Part shown: piece by piece, positions 7,961 to 15,770 of the stretch | How the letters are laid out: every line of letters starts with the position of its first letter | Position numbering within the stretch: position 1 is the stretch's first letter | From: a virus | IMG/VR virus record: IMGVR_UViG_3300013947_000055 | Coordinates: 1-52,072 of that record | Reading direction: 5' to 3' (one strand) | Length of the DNA stretch: 52,072 nucleotides | Position numbers and translations under genes: made by a program | Notes under the pieces: model-generated | Databases searched by the model: none | What the model saw: only the letters and a program-made list of their open reading frames with translations | Told to the model about the DNA's origin: nothing

Positions 7961-10001
7961 CATTGAAACTACTGGTCTTAACCGGTACAAAGACCGTATT
8001 ACATGGATTGGCGTCGGGCTTGCCAAAACTGTTGATGATGACCTGTCTAAGATTCTCATCTACGATGGCTCCAGCGAGGCTGATATGCGCAAGTTCCGTA
8101 ACGTCATGAAGCACGTCCGGGAAGCCAAGGCCAAGACTGTGTTCCAGAACGGTAAATTCGACACCCTCTTCATCGAGCACCATCTCGGTCTCAAGATCCC
8201 CATCCATGAAGACACGATGCTGATGGGTACAGCGTACGATCTTGTCGCTGAGCACGGTCTTAAAGCCATGGCTAAATCCTACCTTGGTGTACCTGACTGG
8301 GACATCAAGAAGAAGGACAAGCTCAGCGGTGATAAGGATACCATTGTTCCCTACCTGAAGTGTGACGTCAAGTACACATGGCAGCTCTATCAGTACCTGT
8401 GCTGCAACATGACCTCCCGACAGATGAAGCTCTACCGGGAGCTGCTCAGACCCGCTTATAGAGCATACAGAGACATTGAGCGCAATGGCCTCTACATTGA
8501 CCTTGATGCCTTACGGTCTGTACGCAAGAAGTACAATACTCAGGAGAAGAAGCTGCTTGCAGAGCTCAACAAGCACGCAAAGATCAACTGGAATAGCTCT
8601 GCACAGGTGGCAAAAGTGTTCTACGAACAGGAGAAAATGCCCATCATCAACTGGACAGCCAAGGGAGCTCCATCCATTGCTGCTGACGTTCTTAAGGAAC
8701 TCTCCATGCAGGGATATGAGACCCCGAAACTGCTGCTTGAGTACAAAGACGCTGCTACTCGTAACAAAATGTTCCTCAATCGTTGGGAGGACGACTGCTA
8801 TGAGAGCCGCATCCACCCGAGCTTCAATCTTACCAACGTGGTCTCAGGCAGAACAAGCTGTCTTACTGGGGATACTCCAGTGATGATTCCAGGGGGGTAT
8901 AAGCCCATTAAAGACATCAAAGTTGGAGACCTTGTGTATGGGTTTGACGAGAACCTAAAACCAAGACTATGCAAGGTCTCTTTTAGTGGGTGTACAGGAG
9001 TACGAGATGATGTGTACAGAGTTTGGTATAAGTCTCAAGGGACTCATGAGCTGAAGTACATAGACGCTACTTCTGATCATCTTGTACGGCTTACCTCTGG
9101 AGACTACCGAAGAGTTGATCAGTTGCATTGTAAAAAGAGAGATAGAGACCATGTACTTGCAATAGAACGTGGGTTCAAAGGAAGCAGAGAAAATCCACGT
9201 GGATATAGGATTTATCCAACAGGATGTGACACAGAGTTAGAGCATGTCTTTATCTTTAAGGAGCTACATGGGTACACTCCAGAGCATGTGCACCACAAAG
9301 ATGAAAATCCTCTGAATGATGAACCTGAGAATCTCATTGGACTCTCCGTAAGTGATCACGCAAGACTCCACATTCAGGAAAAGGGTGCTGACTGGCATAA
9401 GAAAGGAAATGCAGCTTCCTTAAAGACACGACAGAGTAAGGAATATAAAGAGTCCCTACATAGCTCAATTATGGAGTCCCGTTTATCCAAGAAAGACCTT
9501 GTAAAGGCTCTTAAAGAGGGTAACGGTCTGGTAGGAGCTGCTAAACTCCTTGGGAGAGACATCGGCTTTGTTGGTAATCGGATGAAGTACTATGGAGTAA
9601 CCTATGATGGTCGTTCTCATCGTAAAAAGAATAACCACACCATTTGGAAAGTAGAAAAACTTCCAGGAAAGTATGGAGTGTATGACATTTCTGTACCGGA
9701 AACTGAATGCTTTATTGCTAATGGAATCTGTGTCCATAACTGTAACAATCCCAACCTCCAGCAAGTACCCAGAACCAAGGACATCCGAGGTCTGTTTGCG
9801 GGCGCTCCAGGCATGATCCTCTTCGAGGCGGACTACTCTCAGTTGGAGCTACGCATTGCTGCTCACTACGCCAACGAGAAGACCATGCTGGACATTTACC
9901 GTAACAATGGTGATATTCATACTGAGACAGCCAAACTCTTTACCAACGGTCGCGCTCCTACTAAGGAGGAGAGAGGGAAAGCCAAGGCCGTGAATTTCGG
10001 T
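7935..10001 (+). CDS. DNA polymerase I (family A), exon 1, including an in-frame intein (8859..9740)
   Basis: RBS aaggagg; Exo I ATIDIETTG, Exo II NGKFDTLF, Exo III YLKCDVKY; motif A ILFEADYSQLELRIAAH; ends KAKAVNFG (first half of motif B). The TAA at 10002..10004 is intron sequence. Confidence 0.9.
8859..9740 (+). mobile_element. Intein (294 codons) with HNH homing-endonuclease domain, inserted in SGRTS|CNNPNLQQVP
   Basis: Starts CLTGDTPV (block A), TSDH (block B), VYDISVPETECFIANG (block F), ends GICVHN followed by +1 Cys; internal HVHHKDENPLNDEPENLIGLSVSDHARLH. Confidence 0.85.
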
Positions 10002-10633
10002 TAACCTACAAAGTAAGGCCGAATTAAAATCCCCTCAAAACGGTTGACCCTAAACGGAAACATATGGGAATCCCGTGCCTGTGTAAAAGCAGTGTGTAAC
10101 GACTTATCATGAATCGCTATCCTATGGATAAATCAATCGAATTCATGTATACGGGGGACAACGAAATCTGTGTAAGAAAGGAGGTATCTTGTAATGGCTT
10201 ATGCAAAAGTAACCTGTACAATCTGTGGTAAACAGTTCCAGCAAAAGAGCTGGAATCAGCATTTATGCTCTGATAAGTGTAGAACTGAGTTCTACGCGAG
10301 AAAAGGGCTTACTCGTATCTATGAGAATGGTAAATACGTAAAACATGGGTATGATCAAAAAGGAGAAAAGAATAACGCTTGGAAATATGGTTGTGCTTAT
10401 CGTCATCTTATTTCTATGGAACACTGTGAATGGTGTGGATCTACTAAGAACTTACTGGTACACCATAAGGATGGAGATCATAAACATAATGAAGTAAGCA
10501 ATCTGGTATGTCTTTGTAAAAGATGTCATCAGCAGTACCATTGCAAGAGAGATTCTCTCGGGAGATACACTACACATCGTTGAAGGTATAGTCTAGACCC
10601 CTAATAAATATCGGGAAACCGAGGGTATTATCG
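10002..10633 (+). mobile_element. Group I intron (632 nt) splitting polymerase motif B (NFG|FLYGM)
   Basis: Exon 1 ends in T (10001) that can form a U-G pair within P1: exon ttcggt (9996..10001) with intron gccgaa (10018..10023). Intron ends in G (10633). GAAA-tetraloop hairpin tcgg-gaaa-ccga 10611..10622. Joining 10001 to 10634 restores the frame and KAVNFGFLYGM. Confidence 0.75.
10194..10583 (+). CDS. Intron-encoded HNH homing endonuclease
   Basis: Own RBS aaaggagg; CTICGK...CSDKC zinc finger; LLVHHKDGDHKHNEVSNLVCLCKRCHQQYH HNH motif. Confidence 0.85.
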   Translation: MAYAKVTCTICGKQFQQKSWNQHLCSDKCRTEFYARKGLTRIYENGKYVKHGYDQKGEKNNAWKYGCAYRHLISMEHCEWCGSTKNLLVHHKDGDHKHNEVSNLVCLCKRCHQQYHCKRDSLGRYTTHR

Positions 10634-11155
10634 TTTCTATATGGTATGCAAGCAAAGAAGTTCGTCAAGTATGCTCTGGACAGCTATGGTCAAGTCTTTA
10701 CTCAGCGAGAGGCTGAGCACATCCGTGACCTGTTCTTTGCAAAGTATGCTCGGCTGTTACCTTGGCATAAGGAACAGGAAGATCTCTGTGAAATGCAGGG
10801 CGGCGTGGCGAATATGTTTGGTCGCTTCCGCAAGCTCCCTCTCATCTATTCCGCAAACAAGTGGGAACGGGCAAGTGCAGCTCGCCGTGCTATCAATACT
10901 CCAGTTCAGGGTTCAGGGTCTGATCTACTGATCTCTGCTGTGACCCAGATTAATAGGGAGCTCAAAGGTGTGGCATGGATCGGCGCTACTGTACACGACT
11001 CCATTATCGGTGAGTGCCGAGTTGAGGACAAGGACTTTGTGGATGAGACCATTCGCAGGGTCATGAAGCACCCTAAGGTCTTGGATGACTTTGGTGTTGA
11101 GCTCAGAGTGCCCTTGGATGTGGACATCGGATGGGGTCCTTGGGGAACTCACTAA
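10634..11155 (+). CDS. DNA polymerase I (family A), exon 2
   Basis: In-frame FLYGMQAKKF completes motif B; motif C ATVHDSIIGE; the ORF-track ATG at 10646 is internal to the exon. Confidence 0.8.
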   Translation, partial: FLYGMQAKKFVKYALDSYGQVFTQREAEHIRDLFFAKYARLLPWHKEQEDLCEMQGGVANMFGRFRKLPLIYSANKWERASAARRAINTPVQGSGSDLLISAVTQINRELKGVAWIGATVHDSIIGECRVEDKDFVDETIRRVMKHPKVLDDFGVELRVPLDVDIGWGPWGTH

Positions 11156-11243
11156 AATTTCGAAAACTGTAGAAAAACCAAGATTGGACAAGGGATTCTT
11201 GTGAATCTCAACAAAAATAATCCAAACTCCTGAAAAATAATGC

Positions 11244-11272
11244 TTGCTTTTTCCAGGAGGATAATATATACT
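11244..11272 (+). promoter_or_regulatory. Sigma-70-type promoter TTGCTT-N17-TATACT
   Basis: gcTTGCTTtttcc core also seen at 47364 (+) and 39830 (-); precedes the 11337 gene. Confidence 0.6.
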
Positions 11273-11336
11273 TCATGGTGTAAGCAGGAGCGGTGAACCG
11301 CTTCCACAATAAAATCTTTTTAAGGAGTGTAACAAA

Positions 11337-11792
11337 ATGCTGAATCTCAAGAAGGGCGATAAGGTCATCGTCAAAGGTTTCACTGGTATCAAGCTGTGTG
11401 TGTCTGAGGTCGCCAAGGCCGACAAGAAGACCATCACTGTTCTCAAGAAGAACGGCGACGAGATGATCTTCGACCGCAAGACCGCCAAGCAGATCAACGT
11501 CGAAGAGGGCAAGGAGAAGTTCGCCAACAGCGTCATGGAGGACGACGGCAGTTACGAGGGTCACGCCCCCGTCAGCAAGAAGAAGGGTAAGAAGGCCACC
11601 AAGACTGCTCCCAAGAAGGTCAAGCCCGAGCCGGAGGAAGTCGAAGACGAGGATGCGGACGAAGACGAGGAAGAGGAAGTCAAGCCCGCTAAGAAGTCCA
11701 AGAAGCCTGCGAAGAAGCCCGCCAAGAAGACCAAGAAGGTCGAAGATGACGACGATGACGACTTCGAGGAAGTCGACGAAGACGACGAGTAA
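11337..11792 (+). CDS. Hypothetical protein: small N-terminal beta-rich domain plus Lys-rich/acidic low-complexity tail
   Basis: RBS taaggag; the tail EEEEVKPAKKSKKPAKKPAKKTKKVEDDDDDD resembles the tail of 13900..14577. Confidence 0.7.
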   Translation: MLNLKKGDKVIVKGFTGIKLCVSEVAKADKKTITVLKKNGDEMIFDRKTAKQINVEEGKEKFANSVMEDDGSYEGHAPVSKKKGKKATKTAPKKVKPEPEEVEDEDADEDEEEEVKPAKKSKKPAKKPAKKTKKVEDDDDDDFEEVDEDDE

Positions 11793-11801
11793 ACCAGCGG
11801 C

Positions 11802-11817
11802 GGGGGCAACAGCCCCC
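11802..11817 (+). terminator. GC hairpin (gggggc-aaca-gccccc) 10 nt after the stop codon
   Basis: Perfect 6-bp G/C stem with tetraloop; no strong T-tract, so terminator function is tentative. Confidence 0.4.
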
Positions 11818-12192
11818 TCTGCCTAATGCAGCTCAGGACTAACGGGGAGCTTTGTAGTATCTCAGTTGGAAGAGCACCTGAACGGTGACAAGCCCGTGTA
11901 AATGCAGAGTCAGGTATGAACTGGTAGCGGATGATCAGTAAGAGCTACCCAAAGAGGAGCGCGTGAAGACGTGACGGTGTGTACACCCGAAGTAGACGCA
12001 GCGCGTAGGAAAAAGCCTCCAGATCAGTTGACACGTATCCAAGGCTGATCACACTGTCTTGTGTGTGGGTAACAAGACATCTCCTCACGTATATAAGCTG
12101 AAGCCGTAATCATCAGCTCGTTGGTTCCTTCTCCCTCCAACGCTCCAGTGCAATTCTGGTAGGCAGAATACAGGAAAGGAGCGTGAGACAAC

Positions 12193-13146
12193 ATATTCAT
12201 CAGTTACTCAAGGCAAGCTACCTATCTTAACTGCCCTTACCAGCACTGGCTACGTTACGTCAGACGACTTGAGAAGAGAGCACCAGAGAGACCCTTGTAT
12301 TTTGGCACTGACTTCCACAAGCTGTTAGAGTTACGCAACGACCCTGAAGCTCTTAAAGAGGCAAGACGGGACATTAAGGACACTTATTATGAGTTACCCC
12401 CTTCCCAGCAGAGCATCCTCGGTGAGGACTATGTTGAGGATCTGTTCACTATCTTTAAGGACTACAGAAAGGTCTACAAGGGTGTAAGACAGCCTCAGAT
12501 CACTGAGAAGCCCTTTGAGATCGAGGTCGGTAACTACAGAGGTGAGCCGATCGTCTTTGTAGGTAAGATCGATGAGCTGTATTTGCTCAAGCACCATGGA
12601 GTGAAGTCCATTACCGTTGGCGAGCACAAGACGTTCTCCAACAAGCCATCAATGGACATTCTCATCATGAATACACAAAAGTGCTTGTACGCAAAGGCAG
12701 TTCAATTTTTGAAGGGCATTTTACCTGATAAAGTAAAATGGGACTACATCAAGTCCACTCCGGCCGCTGAACCTATCTGGCTTGAAAAGACAGGACGGTT
12801 TAGTGAGGCTGTCTCCAGTAAGATCACCCCTATGAGCTGGAAACGAGCTTGCAAGCGCAGAGACATCATTGATCCAGAGATAATTCAAAAAGGAGAAAGA
12901 TACAGAGACAACATTCCAGAGTTCTTCTTCCAGGTGGAGCTCGACATTGACCCTAAGATGGTCGACATCATTTGGGATGGGTATCTGTTTACAGCGCAGC
13001 AAATCATTCGGTCTGGCAGAGACAACAAGACCCGGAATGTTACCAAGAACTGTTCTTGGTGTTCCTACCATGACATCTGCTACGCAGAAATGACCGGTGG
13101 AGACACTGAGTACGTCATAGCAAAAGACTTTGTAGAAAAGGAGTAA
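12193..13146 (+). CDS. PD-(D/E)XK Cas4/RecB-like exonuclease with 4-Cys cluster; start codon uncertain (no ATG/GTG/TTG upstream of the conserved N-terminus)
   Basis: Frame is open from 12187. Upstream of the ORF-track TTG (12295) it encodes ISYSRQATYLNCPYQHWLRYV...LYFGTDFHKLLE, including the N-terminal Cys. C-terminus has CSWCSYHDIC; central GKIDELY...GEHKT motif; RBS aaggag 12176..12181. Confidence 0.7.
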   Translation: MFISYSRQATYLNCPYQHWLRYVRRLEKRAPERPLYFGTDFHKLLELRNDPEALKEARRDIKDTYYELPPSQQSILGEDYVEDLFTIFKDYRKVYKGVRQPQITEKPFEIEVGNYRGEPIVFVGKIDELYLLKHHGVKSITVGEHKTFSNKPSMDILIMNTQKCLYAKAVQFLKGILPDKVKWDYIKSTPAAEPIWLEKTGRFSEAVSSKITPMSWKRACKRRDIIDPEIIQKGERYRDNIPEFFFQVELDIDPKMVDIIWDGYLFTAQQIIRSGRDNKTRNVTKNCSWCSYHDICYAEMTGGDTEYVIAKDFVEKE

Positions 13147-13150
13147 CCAC

Positions 13151-13882
13151 ATGGGAATTCTCGATTCTGCCGTCGATATCCAGGAGCTCGGTCAGCGTAA
13201 TTTCTGGGTACTGTATGGCAAATCCAACAGTGGTAAGACCTATGTTGCATCCACGTTCCCCAAGCCCCTTCTGTATATCCAGATCGGTGACGATGGCTCT
13301 AACACCATCGCTCGGGTTGAGGGTATTAAGGCTATCTCTATTGAGAACATTGAGCAGTTCAAGGCTCTCTGTGAGGAGCTGAAGAAGGACAAGAAGTACG
13401 CGACCATTGTCGTTGACACTTTCTCTATGGTCGTCAACGAATGGGTGCAGCAGAAGGTAACTACCAAGGGCAAGAAGATGACTCAGCAGCTTTGGGGCGA
13501 CCTGAAGACTGAGCAGGAAGAACTGATTAAAGCACTCCAGCGTCTTGCCAAGAAGCACATCGTTGTGGCAACTTGCCACGAGAGTATGGACACTATCGAG
13601 GGTATGGAGGATGAGATCACACCTGACATCCGTCCTTCGGTCTCTAAGGGTGCTCGTACCTATCTTGAGGGTATGGCGAACTATGGTATCCATACCACCA
13701 AGATCATCAAGGAAGTCACCAAGGGCAACGAGACCAAGGAAGTTGTCAAGTATGCAGCCGATATCGGTCCGAACCCCTACTACTGGACTAAGCTCCAAGT
13801 CGATCCCAGCATTAAAGTTCCTAAACGCATCATCAATCCGACCTATGACAAATTTATGGAAGTCATCGGTCAGGGTGAATAA
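13151..13882 (+). CDS. Sak4-like (AAA_24) RecA-fold ATPase / single-strand annealing-associated protein
   Basis: RBS aaggag; Walker A LYGKSNSGKT; Walker B IVVDTFS; sits between the Cas4-like nuclease and DUF669-like SSB, as in known phage recombination modules. Confidence 0.65.
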   Translation: MGILDSAVDIQELGQRNFWVLYGKSNSGKTYVASTFPKPLLYIQIGDDGSNTIARVEGIKAISIENIEQFKALCEELKKDKKYATIVVDTFSMVVNEWVQQKVTTKGKKMTQQLWGDLKTEQEELIKALQRLAKKHIVVATCHESMDTIEGMEDEITPDIRPSVSKGARTYLEGMANYGIHTTKIIKEVTKGNETKEVVKYAADIGPNPYYWTKLQVDPSIKVPKRIINPTYDKFMEVIGQGE

Positions 13883-13899
13883 ATTTTGGAGGTATTACA

Positions 13900-14577
13900 A
13901 TGAGCAGAAAACTTAAAGTTGACATGACCGGTGTTGAGAGCTTTACCCGCTGCCCCGAGGGTCAGTTCCCCGCCAAGATCGTTAAGATCGAGGAGTGCAC
14001 CATTCAGGGTTCTGGTGATGACGGCCTCAAGGTGCAGTTTGAGGTCACTGGTGGCTCTGGTAAGGGCTGCAAGGTCTTTGAGACCCTGTCCCTTGGTGAA
14101 AAGGCTCTCTGGAAACTCAAGATGCTCCTCGAAGCCCTCGGCATGAAGGCTACCGGCAAGCTCACCATCGATCTGGACAAGCTGCTGAATAAGGCTTGCG
14201 CCATCGAGGTCATCCATGACGAGTACAATGGTCAGAAGCGCGCCAAGATTTCCCAGTACCTCAAGCTCTCTGAGCTGGACGAAGAGGATGAAGTCGATGA
14301 GGACGATGACGACCTCGACGACGAGGAGGACGAGGAAGAGGTCAAGCCCGCCAAGAAGAATGTCACTAAGAAAAAGTCCAAGAAGCAGCCCGAGCCCGAA
14401 GAGGACGACGAGGATGATGAGGACGAGGATGAAGATGAGGATGACGACGAGGAGGAAGAAGAGCCCGCTCCCAAGTCCAAGAAGTCATCTAAGAAAGCCC
14501 CTGTTAAAAAGGCAACCAAGTCCTCCAAAAAGTCCAAGAAGGACGACGAGGATGATTGGGAAGAAGATGATGACTGA
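13900..14577 (+). CDS. DUF669-like ssDNA-binding protein with long acidic/Lys-rich tail
   Basis: RBS ggagg; N-terminus CPEGQFPAKIVKIEE...LKVQFEVTGG...KVFETLSL...ALWKLKMLLEALG fits the DUF669 pattern; tail EEDEEEVKPAKK...DDEDDEDEDEDEDDDEEEEE. Confidence 0.6.
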   Translation: MSRKLKVDMTGVESFTRCPEGQFPAKIVKIEECTIQGSGDDGLKVQFEVTGGSGKGCKVFETLSLGEKALWKLKMLLEALGMKATGKLTIDLDKLLNKACAIEVIHDEYNGQKRAKISQYLKLSELDEEDEVDEDDDDLDDEEDEEEVKPAKKNVTKKKSKKQPEPEEDDEDDEDEDEDEDDDEEEEEPAPKSKKSSKKAPVKKATKSSKKSKKDDEDDWEEDDD

Positions 14578-14625
14578 ACTCCAGTCTGCATAAAGGGCTT
14601 CCCACCTCAGTATTTACCATTCTAA

Positions 14626-14645
14626 GGGGGAGCACAAGCTCCCCC
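14626..14645 (+). terminator. GC hairpin (gggggagc-acaa-gctccccc)
   Basis: Perfect 8-bp stem with tetraloop, 49 nt after the stop codon; same GGGGG/CCCCC style as 11802..11817. Confidence 0.45.
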
Positions 14646-14664
14646 TCACATAAAGGAGACTATC

Positions 14665-15045
14665 ATGGACAAGATTAAGATCCACGAGCAGCTCTGCAAG
14701 GAAATGCATGAGCTGTACGAACGCAAGAATGCAGACTACGGGGATAGTTTTGCTCAACTCCGCAAGCGTTACCCGAACTTTGTCTGTATGCGCCTGTTTG
14801 ATAAGCTCAACCGTCTGGATACTGTCATCCAGCCTGAGTACGCGCTCAAGGTCTCTGATGAGACTGTTGAAGATACCCTCATGGACATTGCCAACTATGC
14901 CATCATGGAGCTGACTGAGCGTAGAGCAGCTCGTGAGGGGCTGAAGGAATCTATGTTTGCACAGGACGGCTGTAAGCCCTGCAATGAATCGATCAGGCCT
15001 CCTAACAAGTTGCCGGTGAACCTGACGACAGGAGGTTACAGATGA
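14665..15045 (+). CDS. DUF1599 (nucleotide modification associated domain 1), all-alpha NTP-PPase-like
   Basis: RBS aaaggag; ERKNADYGDSF, RLFDKLNRLDTV, EDTLMDIANYAIMEL match my recollection of DUF1599; translationally coupled (ATGA) to the ThyA-family gene. Confidence 0.65.
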   Translation: MDKIKIHEQLCKEMHELYERKNADYGDSFAQLRKRYPNFVCMRLFDKLNRLDTVIQPEYALKVSDETVEDTLMDIANYAIMELTERRAAREGLKESMFAQDGCKPCNESIRPPNKLPVNLTTGGYR

Positions 15046-15770
15046 TTTCTATCTATCAGGGCAGAAGCGTCAATGATGTCTGGCAACAGGCATTCGCAGA
15101 CCTCATCAAACAGGCTTCTGAGGGCTTTGAGAATGGCTCTCGGGATGGTGCAGTGGTCGGTGAAGTCATCAATGCTGCATTCTGTGTCGAAGACCCTACC
15201 CGTAACATTGTCACCAGTAAGTACCGCAAACTGCCTATGCGCTACGCAGTTGGTGAGCTGCTGTGGTATCTGTCTGGGTCTAACAAGACGACAGACATTG
15301 CTCAGTTCGCTCCTAAGTGGAATGAGCTCTCTGATGATGGTGTCCACGCAAACTCCGCCTATGGATACCGCATCGGCAAGAAGTTCGGCTTTGATCAGTG
15401 GGCTTATGCGGTTGATCTGCTCCGCAAAGACCCTGATAGTCGTCAGGCGGTTATCCACATTAAGGACGCTGACAATGCCAAGACCAAGGATCTGCCTTGC
15501 ACGGTCTACCTCCAGTTCCTGATCCGTGAAGGTAAGCTCCACATGATGGTGCACATGAGATCCAACGACATTTGGATGGGTGTTCCTTACGACATGTTCA
15601 GTTTCTGCTCCATGCAGATGCTGATGGCTATGCAGCTTGGAGTACAAGTCGGCAGTTACACTCATTATGCAGGCTCTCTGCACCTCTACAAGAGGGACTA
15701 TGAGACTGCCAAACACAACATGGAGGAGCTGAACCCCTATGGCAATACCCAGAGACGAGAAGCTCATTAA
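15042..15770 (+). CDS. Thymidylate synthase-family pyrimidine C5 (hydroxy)methylase, predicted dCMP-specific
   Basis: Catalytic Cys in DLPCTVY (15498..15500); ELLWYLSG, NSAYGYR, DPDSRQAV, MRSND; Asp184 (gac 15591..15593) in GVPYDMFS at the position of ThyA Asn177 / T4 dCMP hydroxymethylase Asp179. Confidence 0.75.
   Translation: MISIYQGRSVNDVWQQAFADLIKQASEGFENGSRDGAVVGEVINAAFCVEDPTRNIVTSKYRKLPMRYAVGELLWYLSGSNKTTDIAQFAPKWNELSDDGVHANSAYGYRIGKKFGFDQWAYAVDLLRKDPDSRQAVIHIKDADNAKTKDLPCTVYLQFLIREGKLHMMVHMRSNDIWMGVPYDMFSFCSMQMLMAMQLGVQVGSYTHYAGSLHLYKRDYETAKHNMEELNPYGNTQRREAH

Noticed and set aside
10646-11155. Independent translation of the polymerase C-terminal part from ATG 10646 (a naturally split polymerase)
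   Set aside because: The break falls inside motif B. In-frame FLYG codons lie upstream of the ATG with no RBS. The flanks show group I splice-site hallmarks (a U-G pair in P1 and a terminal G).
11844-11925. tRNA-like sequence (ggggagc...gtatctcagttggaagagcac resembles an acceptor plus D-arm)
   Set aside because: No 7-nt anticodon loop with a proper stem could be drawn, and there is no GGTTCGAATCC-type T-arm or complementary 3' acceptor strand.
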